Assembly (NCBI GenBank): GCA_902533625.1
Contig: CACAMI010000003.1
Span: 37,431 to 101,430, forward strand
Direction of reading: 5' to 3'
Length of the DNA: 64,000 nt
Origin: an uncultured Alphaproteobacteria bacterium
GTDB taxonomy: Bacteria; Pseudomonadota; Alphaproteobacteria; Rhodobacterales; Rhodobacteraceae
Positions 19,681 through 28,082 of the stretch are shown piece after piece. The notes beneath the pieces are model-generated. The model worked only from the letters and a program-made list of their open reading frames with translations. It had not been told where the DNA came from and searched no databases. A program made the position numbers and the translations under genes. How positions within the stretch are numbered: position 1 is the first letter of the stretch; every line of letters starts with the position of its first letter.

Positions 19681-20604
19681 ATGTCTTGCTTTAATCTGGA
19701 AGATGCCCCCATTCGTCGTTATCAGCATTTGGACTGGGATTCAGGACGCTGGACTGGTTTCAAACCTAGGTCGGGTGATATCTATATTTGCACTTGTTAT
19801 AAATCAGGTACTACATGGACACAAATGATTGCAGCACTTCTCGTATTCCAAGAATTGGACTTCCCATTGCCTTTGAACGAATTATCTCCTTGGATTGATT
19901 TGGTGACGGATAGTACTGAAGAAATGCATAAAAGATTATCGGCTCAGAAGTATAGACGAATCTTGAAAACGCATACTCCCCTTGACGGGTTAAAATGGCA
20001 TGCTGATGCAAGATATCTATTTGTTGGGCGTGATCCACGAGATGTATTTGTTTCTATGATGAACCATCAAGATAATACGGATGTGCATGTTGAACGTAAA
20101 CTAGCTGCGGAAATGGGGAATCAGATAACGATCACTGATCTATTGGCAGATACGGAAGAGGAGCGGTTGAAGGATTGGTTGACTAGGGGTTACTTCGAAT
20201 GGGATAAAGATGGTTATCCCTATTGGTCTTTATTGCATCACGGGGAAACCTTTTGGCAGCATCGCAATCAGGAAAACATTCTAGTCCTTCATTACGGTGA
20301 AATGAAAAATGATCTGAATCGCGAAATGCGAAAAATTGCTGCGCACCTTTCTATAGAGATAGACGAAGAAATTTTTCCGGGTCTAGTTGAAGCCGCTAGT
20401 TTTGCATCAATGAAGAGAAACGCGGATGATCTCGCACCTGCGGCAGATGCAAATTTATGGAAGAATAATTCTGAATTCTTTGCAAATGGTACTAATGGTC
20501 AGTGGCAGGATCGCTGGAGTAAAGCAAATCTCCAGAGGTTATACGCTCTCTCTAATGAATACTCCATTGACTACATGGAATGGCTTTTAGAGAAAAAAAA
20601 TTAG
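19681..20604 (+). CDS. Cytosolic-type PAPS-dependent sulfotransferase, copy B
   Basis: YKSGTTWTQ (5'-PSB), LKTHTP (catalytic His), RDPRDVFVS, ANGTNGQWQDRW (3'-PB-like). Colinear along its length with copy A and also 307 aa. Confidence 0.8.
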   Translation: MSCFNLEDAPIRRYQHLDWDSGRWTGFKPRSGDIYICTCYKSGTTWTQMIAALLVFQELDFPLPLNELSPWIDLVTDSTEEMHKRLSAQKYRRILKTHTPLDGLKWHADARYLFVGRDPRDVFVSMMNHQDNTDVHVERKLAAEMGNQITITDLLADTEEERLKDWLTRGYFEWDKDGYPYWSLLHHGETFWQHRNQENILVLHYGEMKNDLNREMRKIAAHLSIEIDEEIFPGLVEAASFASMKRNADDLAPAADANLWKNNSEFFANGTNGQWQDRWSKANLQRLYALSNEYSIDYMEWLLEKKN

Positions 20605-20654
20605 ATAGAGGTTCAAAAGCTTTATGACAATAGAGATTTTACAACCTACTAGGT

Positions 20655-21464
20655 TTATATCTTTTTGAAGTCTCCGTGCCTACCTGCACCTTCAGAAAAA
20701 CGCTTAGCACCTTTGAGGCCTTCATTTTCAATAGCCTGGAGGCCATGTTCCCACTCAAACTCAAGCCCTTGTCGAACCGACATTCCGTGAGTTGCAATAA
20801 TAGAAGCTCGATCAGCTCGAACTGCTTCCTGAGGAAAGCGGGCAATTTCGTTCGCTATTTCTTCAGCTATTTTGCGCGCCTGGCCTTCCGGAGTAATCCT
20901 TTCACATAAACCTATCTGATAACATTCATCGGCAGGCACTTTCCGGCCAGTCATAGCAATTTCAAGTGCCTTACCTTGTCCAACCAATCGTGGCAAACGA
21001 ACTGTTCCACCATCTACCAAGGTAATGCCCCATCTTCGGCAATAAACTCCAAGGTAAGCATTCTTAGCCATTACTCGCATGTCGCACCACATTGCCAACT
21101 CCATACCTCCTGCAACTGCGGCACCTTCTATTGCACCTATTACTGGTTTTGTAAGTTCCAACCTAGTTGGGCCTAAACCACCTCTCGGAGTGGGTGTGCC
21201 ATCCTTAGGAAATGAAAGAGATTCAAATTCTGATTTGAATTTTTCTTCGTTGGCCAGAGAAGCAGCATACTTCAAATCCCAACCAGAGCAAAAATTACCT
21301 CCCTCTCCCCATAATACTGCGGTACGAGCCATGGCGTCGTTTTCGAATTCCATAAATGCATCCATTAAAGCTTGAGCAGACTCTGGATCCATTCCGTTCC
21401 TTACTTCTGGACGAGAATGGATAACGGTCCATACATGAAGTTTTTTTTCAATTCTCACAGACAT
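20655..21464 (-). CDS. Enoyl-CoA hydratase/isomerase (crotonase) family protein
   Basis: AIEGAAVAGGMELAMWCDMRV core. Strong AGGAGG SD before the ATG at 21464. Confidence 0.8.
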   Translation of the reverse strand: MSVRIEKKLHVWTVIHSRPEVRNGMDPESAQALMDAFMEFENDAMARTAVLWGEGGNFCSGWDLKYAASLANEEKFKSEFESLSFPKDGTPTPRGGLGPTRLELTKPVIGAIEGAAVAGGMELAMWCDMRVMAKNAYLGVYCRRWGITLVDGGTVRLPRLVGQGKALEIAMTGRKVPADECYQIGLCERITPEGQARKIAEEIANEIARFPQEAVRADRASIIATHGMSVRQGLEFEWEHGLQAIENEGLKGAKRFSEGAGRHGDFKKI

Positions 21465-21688
21465 TTCTCTCCTCCTTTAGTGGCTGACATTTGGCTCCAA
21501 GTATCTTTCTAAAAGTGCTGTTTTAATAAAAGGTTTCTTAAAATTACCATATGCCATTAATAATCTAATGAAATTTTTAGTGTGTAAATCAAATTTTTTA
21601 TCTTAATCCGATCAAATATATATAGTATAATTAATGAACTCTGATAGTATTTGATGATTAATATAGAAATCTTAGGGGTAGAGTGAAT

Positions 21689-22924
21689 ATGGTTTTAATT
21701 CCCGAAATGCCAGCTGTTGGACGTGGTTTCATTAGTCGGTTAGAACCACCTAATATTGAAGAATATTCTTGGATAAGTCCTAAGGCTTCTAAGGATCGTA
21801 GGGTTTCCGTGGTTTCAACAGCAGCAGTCTCAAACCGTGGAGAGAAACCTTTCTCTTGGTTGGCGAGAGATTATAGGACAATTAAAAAAAACGATAGAGA
21901 TTTGGTAATGACCCATGTTGCTGCTGAGTATGATCGTACTGCATGGCAACAAGATTTAAATACAATTATACCCTTAGACCGGTTGGAAGAAATGGCTTCT
22001 GAAAGGGAGATTGGATCGGTAGCTGAAAATCATTATGCTTTTATGGGTGCTGCTGACCCCCGTGATATGGAAAAATATGCTCTAGAAGTAGCAGGGAAAA
22101 TGAAGCAAGAAGCTGTAGATACAGTTTTTCTTGTTCCCGTCTGACCATTTTGTACGCGCGCCGTGTGCGGGCTCGCCCACATATTTGAATCTCAAGGTTT
22201 TTCTACGGTTCTTGTCGGCTTTGTCAGGGAACATATCGAGGTAATTAAGCCTCCACGAGGTTTGTGGTTAAACTTTCCGATGGGACGTCCTATGGGAAAG
22301 CCCAATGACCCAAAATATCAAAAGAAAGTAATTCGTGCAGCTTTTAATTTACTTGAAGCAAAATCAGGACCAGTTCTTGAAGATTTTCCAGATGAAATTC
22401 CTGTAAAACATGGAAGGATGGGTTATGCACTTCCGGTAGATCTAGTAACTAAAGTAAGTGAAATTGGTGACGTTGATCAATTATTGGAAGAAGTAGAGGC
22501 TGAGGTTTCAAGCCTTCACTCAGCTTATGTAAGTGGAAAAGCCTTTCGTGGAAGAACTACAGTAGGAGCTAGTGAAATGCCTATAAAAGAACTTCCTAAT
22601 TTCATAGCTGCTTTTGTAAAGGGGCAGAAACCGAACAGTCCAAGAAAAGGTGTTACAGCTATCCCTCAGCTTAAGCTGGTGGTGGAGGATTTGAACGCCT
22701 ATTACACTGAGGCAAGAATGTACGAAGACAATATTGACGATTTTGAAATTCTTGGTAAGTGGTTTTGGGAAGAGTCGAAGGCTGGAAAATTAATTTTGGC
22801 TTTAGAAGCAGTTTCTTTAGAGAGTGAGGATAAAGTTCTTCGGCAGATAGTGGAAATGTCCCTAATTACTCCCCGGTTTTGGTCTGAAGGCCCTCTTCCT
22901 GGCACTTCTGCTTCCGGATGGTAA
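21689..22924 (+). CDS. Glycine/sarcosine/betaine/D-proline reductase protein-B (GrdB/PrdB) family protein with an in-frame TGA (22142-22144), predicted selenocysteine, in a U-P-F-C motif
   Basis: Track ORFs 21683..22144 and 22163..22924 share a frame and are separated by only one stop (TGA). Read-through gives ...AVDTVFLVPV-U-PFCTRAVCGLAHIFESQGFSTVLVGF.... A GC-rich hairpin follows the TGA. Confidence 0.65.
22145..22185 (+). promoter_or_regulatory. Candidate bacterial SECIS hairpin downstream of the in-frame TGA
   Basis: Locally GC-rich CGCGCGCCGTGTGCGGGCTCGCCCAC in an AT-rich genome. Pairing 22163-22167 with 22178-22182 and 22169-22170 with 22176-22177, bulged C22168, 5-nt loop GCTCG about 27-31 nt after the TGA. 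Folded by eye only. Confidence 0.4.
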
Positions 22925-22948
22925 AAATAAAAAACTTGCCCATGCAAG
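22923..22948 (-). terminator. Weak rho-independent terminator candidate for the rhodanese gene (between convergent genes)
   Basis: The minus strand reads CTTGC-ATGG-GCAAG followed by TTTTTTATTTTT. The stem is only 5 bp. Confidence 0.35.
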
Positions 22949-22968
22949 CTTTGAAACTTTGCTAATTG

Positions 22969-23862
22969 CTACAATTTATCTGTTTCTATAGGAAGGGTTT
23001 CATCCATTGCCCATTCACTCATAGAATTGTCATAAATCTGCAAGTTTTTAAATCCTAGCTGATAAAGAATAAAAGCATCGAGAGTAGCCGCTATCCCTCC
23101 TCCGCAGTAATTTAAAATTGTCTTGTCCGAAGAAATATCCATTGAATTAAAGATTTCAGCAGCCTCCTCTGGTTTTTTGAACTTACCTGTATTAGAGTCT
23201 ACAAGCTTATGAAAAGGAATATTCAAACTATTAGGTATTCTTCCGGGGCGGCCATATCTTGGATTTTCACCTGAATGGATATCTTTTGTTAATGCATTTA
23301 AAAGTATGCAGGACTTGTCCCCTATGGCCTTAAGAGTAGATTCCTTTCCGACAAAAATATTTTCTCTAAAGCTAGTGTTAAATTTTGCAGGATTAAATTT
23401 TCGGACACTATCTTCAGTTGGTAAGTCTAATCTGACCCACTCATCATATCCGCCATCCAATACAGAAATTTTTTCAAACCCCAATACAAAAAGCATCCAC
23501 CAAACCCGTGTTGCCCATTGCGTACCATTTCTAGAATATAAGACAATGTGAAAAGGATCGCCAACGCCTAGATTTTGAAACCTATTTTTTAGATCTAAGA
23601 AGCCTGGTAAAGTGAAACTATAGGGGCTTTCTTTTTTGGACAGATCATTCTGAAGATCTAAGAATGCAGAGCCAGGAATATGTGACTCTCTATATTTGGA
23701 AATACCACTTTCGACATCGTACGGTTTGCTAGGATCTTTGTCCCTATATAATAGGTAGGTTGTGCAGTCGAATACTCGAATGTTTTCATTATCAAGTCTC
23801 TTAGAGAGCCATTCACACTGTACGATATTCTCAGGATATTTCCATGTAACATCATTTTCCAT
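22969..23862 (-). CDS. Two-domain rhodanese sulfurtransferase (thiosulfate/3-mercaptopyruvate sulfurtransferase, SseA-like)
   Basis: 297 aa with tandem rhodanese domains. The active-site loop CGGGIAA in the C-terminal domain resembles the MST-type CG[SG]G[VI]TA. Confidence 0.8.
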   Translation of the reverse strand: MENDVTWKYPENIVQCEWLSKRLDNENIRVFDCTTYLLYRDKDPSKPYDVESGISKYRESHIPGSAFLDLQNDLSKKESPYSFTLPGFLDLKNRFQNLGVGDPFHIVLYSRNGTQWATRVWWMLFVLGFEKISVLDGGYDEWVRLDLPTEDSVRKFNPAKFNTSFRENIFVGKESTLKAIGDKSCILLNALTKDIHSGENPRYGRPGRIPNSLNIPFHKLVDSNTGKFKKPEEAAEIFNSMDISSDKTILNYCGGGIAATLDAFILYQLGFKNLQIYDNSMSEWAMDETLPIETDKL

Positions 23863-23888
23863 TAGGTCCCTTTCAAGTCTCTTTGCTT

Positions 23889-24293
23889 TTAAATTGGGTT
23901 AAGGTCGTAGTCATCATCTAACACCTGTTCCAACCAATCAGCCACCTTGCCATCCAAAGCTTCCTGAATAGCCAGATGTTCCATATTTGAATCTGGGGCA
24001 GCCCCGTGCCAATGCTCTTCACCTGGAGGGATCCAAACTGTATCTCCTACATTAATTATTTTTGGAGATTCATTTCGGAGACCTACTAAACCAACGCCAC
24101 TTAGCACTAAAAGAGTTTGCCCCAAGGGATGGGTGTGCCAAGCTGTCCGCGCTCTAGGTTCAAATGAAACTTTTATTGCTCTTACCCGTGCTGGATCCGG
24201 TGCTTCTATAATAGCATCTTGCATAACATTTCCATGAAACCAATCGGATGATGCTTTTCTTTGAGGCCTGCTCCCAACTTTAAATATTTTCAA
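23889..24293 (-). CDS. Cupin-domain protein
   Basis: Cupin motifs WHTHPLGQTLLVLSG and GDTVWIPPGEEHWHGA. 4-nt overlap with the upstream TfdA-like gene. Confidence 0.7.
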   Translation of the reverse strand: MKIFKVGSRPQRKASSDWFHGNVMQDAIIEAPDPARVRAIKVSFEPRARTAWHTHPLGQTLLVLSGVGLVGLRNESPKIINVGDTVWIPPGEEHWHGAAPDSNMEHLAIQEALDGKVADWLEQVLDDDYDLNPI

Positions 24294-25198
24294 TATTCTA
24301 CCTCAGCCTTTTTAATGTTTAAAAGGGTTGGAATATTTGGCACCCCATCTTTTTCAGTTAGAGACACACAGATGCTAGCCAATGTTCTTGGCTCGGTATA
24401 TGACCAGGGGCGACCTCTATGCAAAATAGACCGTTCATCCCAAATCAATACGTCTCCTACCTCCCAATCATGGGAGTACACATATTTATCCTGCGTTGCA
24501 AAACAAATTATATCTTTAATTACTTTCTCTGAATCTTTTTCGGACATGCCTTCTATTTGGTAGACGTGTGAGGCTATATAAATTGATTCTGCACCAGTTA
24601 CCGGGTTCTTAATAATTGAGTCCCATTCCTGAGGTTTCCATCTTGATATTTTATGAGATTTTGCTAATTCCTCATCAATTTTTTTCCTTGATTGCATAAA
24701 ACTATGGAAGAATTTTTTATTCTTTATTTTTTCTAGAATATTCTTTGGCAATTCGTTAAGAGCAATTCTAGTTGAGGCGAGTTCTGTTTGCCCGCCAGAG
24801 GAAGGTACGGTTTTAGCTGCAATAATATTTGCCAAAGCTGGGATTGGCAAAAATGTACTGTCGGTGTGCCAAAGCATGTTTGCCTTGAGTTCAAGGGTCC
24901 GCATATCATTTTCTGAAAAAACAGTACCATCTGCATCCTCGTTTGAGACTTTTGGAAGCTCAAATTTCACATAAGAGTTTTTTGCCATAGCCTCTCTATT
25001 TTCAAGTGGCCCAAAAAGGCTTGCAAACTTTATATGGGTCTCCTCTGAAAACTCTTGATCTTTAAATAGAATTGATGAATGTTTCTCGAACAAATCTCTT
25101 ATTTCGGGATAGAGATTATTATTTGTAACATCGTCTAAGTTTATTCCATCAATTATTACGCCAAATTTCGGGTGAAGAGGAATAGTTTTCATAATCAT
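24290..25198 (-). CDS. TfdA/TauD-family Fe(II)/2-oxoglutarate dioxygenase
   Basis: HxD iron motif in WHTDSTF, followed by VPSSGGQTELAS (TfdA-like). Distal His in SILHRGRP. Confidence 0.8.
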   Translation of the reverse strand: MIMKTIPLHPKFGVIIDGINLDDVTNNNLYPEIRDLFEKHSSILFKDQEFSEETHIKFASLFGPLENREAMAKNSYVKFELPKVSNEDADGTVFSENDMRTLELKANMLWHTDSTFLPIPALANIIAAKTVPSSGGQTELASTRIALNELPKNILEKIKNKKFFHSFMQSRKKIDEELAKSHKISRWKPQEWDSIIKNPVTGAESIYIASHVYQIEGMSEKDSEKVIKDIICFATQDKYVYSHDWEVGDVLIWDERSILHRGRPWSYTEPRTLASICVSLTEKDGVPNIPTLLNIKKAEVEY

Positions 25199-25288
25199 AA
25201 TTTTCCGAGTGGGATTTATTTTCTTCTAATAAAAAATAATTGCAGTAATATGCATAGCTGTAAATAATATTTTTTGAGATCTTTTATT

Positions 25289-26077
25289 ATGAGTACAGCT
25301 GATTTGGAAAGATTTGTGAATTTAGAGGCCTACCCTCTTCAAAATGTAAAATTTGTTCAGAAATGTAATGAGACTTTAAATATTGAAGGAGCCCTTACGT
25401 TAAAAAATTTTTTGAATGAGGAAACTGTTGAGCAATTGGTGAAGGAAGCCAAAGAAAATCAACATAAGGCCTTTTATTCAAACTCTACGCACAATATTTA
25501 TTTAACGCCACAAGATGAAAATTTTCCTGAGGATCATATTTTTAATACCCAAATAACATCATCAAAAGGATGTATTACAACAGACCAAATTCCTGATTCT
25601 TCGGCTTTGAAAACAATTTATAAATCGGATATTTTCAAGAAATTTATAGCTGAAATAGTAGGTGAAAAAATACTATACGAATATGAAGATCCATTGTCCT
25701 CTATTAACGTACACTATGCGAAAGAAGGTCAAGAACTTGGATGGCATTTTGATAACTCCAGCTTTGCAGTAACACTATTACTTCAGAAACCATTAGGTGG
25801 TGGTATTTTCGAATATGTGAAAAATGTAAGAAACTCTGAATCAGGAGAAATGGGATTTAAAGAAGCAGAAGAAATTGTATCAGGAAGGTCAAAACCCTCT
25901 GTCTTAAATATTGAGCCGGGTACGCTTGTACTTTTCAGAGGAATGAATTCAATGCACAGGGTTACACCAACGGTTGGAGATAGAACTCGCTTTCTGGTAG
26001 TTTTTGCCTATAACGCAAAGCCTGGTGTATCTTTGTCAAAGTCAGCCCAGAAAACTTTTTATGGAAGAGTAGCTTAA
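25289..26077 (+). CDS. 2OG-Fe(II) oxygenase superfamily protein (prolyl-hydroxylase-like fold)
   Basis: HxD in GWHFDNS, distal His in SMHRVTP, and Arg shortly after (GDRTRF). ATG at 25289 within a longer TTG-initiated track ORF. Confidence 0.6.
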   Translation: MSTADLERFVNLEAYPLQNVKFVQKCNETLNIEGALTLKNFLNEETVEQLVKEAKENQHKAFYSNSTHNIYLTPQDENFPEDHIFNTQITSSKGCITTDQIPDSSALKTIYKSDIFKKFIAEIVGEKILYEYEDPLSSINVHYAKEGQELGWHFDNSSFAVTLLLQKPLGGGIFEYVKNVRNSESGEMGFKEAEEIVSGRSKPSVLNIEPGTLVLFRGMNSMHRVTPTVGDRTRFLVVFAYNAKPGVSLSKSAQKTFYGRVA

Positions 26078-26083
26078 AAGTTG

Positions 26084-27400
26084 CTAATCACCAGGTATCC
26101 AACTTGTACCTGCCAGAGGGACACCAGACATTGCCGCGGCCTCTACGGTAAGAGCACAAAGGTCTTCAGGTTCTAAGTTTCTAAGATCGTTTTTTCCACA
26201 TGCCCGAGCAATAGTCTGTGCCTCCATCGTCATTACTTTAAGAAAATTTGCTAGACGCCTTCCTCCTTCAACAGGATTTAATCTTTTCATTAACTTAGGA
26301 TTCTGAGTCGTGATCCCAGCAGGGTCATTACCTTCATGCCAATCGTCGTAAGCTCCTGCTGTTGTTCCCAATTTCTGATAATCTTTCTCAAATTTAGGAT
26401 CATTATCTCCAAGTGCAATTAAGGCGGCTGTACCTATGGAAACTGCATCCGCACCTAGTGCCATAGCTTTTGCAACGTCAGCACCATTTCTAATACCTCC
26501 TGAGACAATTAATTGTACTTTTTTATGAACCCCTAATTCTTGCAAGGCTTCCACTGCTGGCTTTATGCAAGCTAAAGTAGGGATGCCTACATGTTCGATA
26601 AATACTTCCTGGGTAGCCGCAGTTCCTCCTTGCATACCATCAATAACAATTGCATCTGCTCCCGATTTTACTGCTAGTGCAATGTCATAAAAAGGTCTAG
26701 CTGCCGCCACTTTAACCAAAATAGGAACTTTCCATGAAGTTATTTCCCTTAGCTCGAGTATTTTAATTTCCATATCATCAGGTCCAGTCCAATCCGGATG
26801 ACGGCATGGTGAGCGTTGATCTATACCCTTTGGTAATGTCCTCATCTCAGCTACTCTATCACTAATTTTTTGACCGAGAAGCATACCGCCTCCCCCTGGT
26901 TTTGCCCCTTGGCCTACTACTATTTCTATTGCGTCTGCTTTTCTAAGATCGTCCGGGTTCATACCATACCTAGATGGCAATAGTTGATAAATAAGTTTAT
27001 TAGAATGGCCTCGCTCTTCCTTTGTCATCCCCCCATCCCCTGTGGTAGTAGATGTTCCTGCAATTGTAGCGCCTCTTCCAAGAGCTTCCTTTGCTCGGCC
27101 AGAAAGTGCTCCAAAACTCATCCCTGCTATAGTTATAGGAATATCAAGGTGAAGAGGATTTTCTGCATTTTTATCACCAATTGTCACCTTTGTATTACAG
27201 GACTCTCTATAACCTTCCAAGGGGTAGCGGGATATTGAAGCTCCAAGAAAAAGCAAATCGTCAAAATGTGGGAGACGTCTCTTTGATCCGCCACCTCTGA
27301 TATCATATATACCCGTTTGAGCAGCTCGCCGGATTTCTGAATTGGTATATTTATCGAAGAGATTTGACTGTCTAGGGAAAGTTTGGGGTAACTTAGTCAT
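26084..27400 (-). CDS. FMN-binding glutamate-synthase-domain protein (GltB central domain homologue; MgsC/GlxD-type)
   Basis: 438 aa. GQGAKPGGGG, PDDMEIKILELRE, VIDGMQGGTAAT, SGGIRNGADVAKAMALGADAV match the FMN/synthase domain of GltB (compare 51939..56648 in this window). Confidence 0.85.
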   Translation of the reverse strand: MTKLPQTFPRQSNLFDKYTNSEIRRAAQTGIYDIRGGGSKRRLPHFDDLLFLGASISRYPLEGYRESCNTKVTIGDKNAENPLHLDIPITIAGMSFGALSGRAKEALGRGATIAGTSTTTGDGGMTKEERGHSNKLIYQLLPSRYGMNPDDLRKADAIEIVVGQGAKPGGGGMLLGQKISDRVAEMRTLPKGIDQRSPCRHPDWTGPDDMEIKILELREITSWKVPILVKVAAARPFYDIALAVKSGADAIVIDGMQGGTAATQEVFIEHVGIPTLACIKPAVEALQELGVHKKVQLIVSGGIRNGADVAKAMALGADAVSIGTAALIALGDNDPKFEKDYQKLGTTAGAYDDWHEGNDPAGITTQNPKLMKRLNPVEGGRRLANFLKVMTMEAQTIARACGKNDLRNLEPEDLCALTVEAAAMSGVPLAGTSWIPGD

Positions 27401-27410
27401 AAAGTATCTC

Positions 27411-28082
27411 CTAATATGTGTTGTCTATTTTAAAATTGTACAGACTTCTTGCAGATCCATAGCGGCGAAAATCTTTTGAGGAAAGGTTCTTTATTTTTGC
27501 AATTGCTAAAAGTTTTGTGAGTAATTTTTTATGCTTTTCTGTCATTTGTTTTTCAATACAGTCGGCACCAAGAGACTTCACTTCACCTAATATGTAAATA
27601 TTTGCTTCATAAATGCTATCACCCAAAGCTTCCCCTGCATTTCCACAAACTACTAAATTTCCAGCCTGTGCCATAAAAGCCGACATATGACCAACATTTC
27701 CTTGAACGATTATATCTATACCTTTCATTGAAATACCACATCTTGAAGAGGAATTTCCTTCTATAACGAGGGTTCCCCCGTGAGCTGATGCCCCTGCATA
27801 TTGGCTAGCATTACCTTTTACATATATACTTCCTGACATCATATTTTCTGCAACACCAGGTCCTACCGACCCGTGAACTACAACATCTGCATTTTTATTC
27901 ATCCCCCCACAGTAATATCCAACGCTTCCCTTAATATCCACTTTTAGTGATTCCCTTAGACCAGCAGCTACTGCATGCTTTCCCATGGGGTTTTCTAATA
28001 CCCAGCTTGTTTCAGATGAGGCATTCTGCAAGGCAGAATTTACGTGTCTAAGCGAAAGTGATTTTAAATCCAAAACAGTCAT
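27411..28082 (-). CDS. GXGXG-motif protein (GltB C-terminal beta-helix domain homologue; MgsB/GlxC-type)
   Basis: 223 aa with repeated G-x-x-G-x-G-x-G beta-helix turns (GSVGYYCGGGM.., HGSVGPGVAENM, GNASQYAGASAHGG, GNVGHMSAFMAQAG). Confidence 0.8.
   Translation of the reverse strand: MTVLDLKSLSLRHVNSALQNASSETSWVLENPMGKHAVAAGLRESLKVDIKGSVGYYCGGMNKNADVVVHGSVGPGVAENMMSGSIYVKGNASQYAGASAHGGTLVIEGNSSSRCGISMKGIDIIVQGNVGHMSAFMAQAGNLVVCGNAGEALGDSIYEANIYILGEVKSLGADCIEKQMTEKHKKLLTKLLAIAKIKNLSSKDFRRYGSARSLYNFKIDNTY

Noticed and set aside
21611-21655. 8-bp inverted repeat ATCAAATA / TATTTGAT upstream of the GrdB-like gene as an operator
   Set aside because: The sequence is pure A/T in a very AT-rich spacer with a 29-nt gap, so it is likely to occur by chance. 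There is no supporting regulator gene nearby.
21683-22144. Treating 21683..22144 (153 aa) and 22163..22924 (253 aa) as two independent genes
   Set aside because: They share a frame with a single TGA between them and no SD for the second (GTG) start. The junction forms a UxxC motif inside one recognisable protein family, so read-through (Sec) is the better model. A true split or pseudogene remains the fallback.
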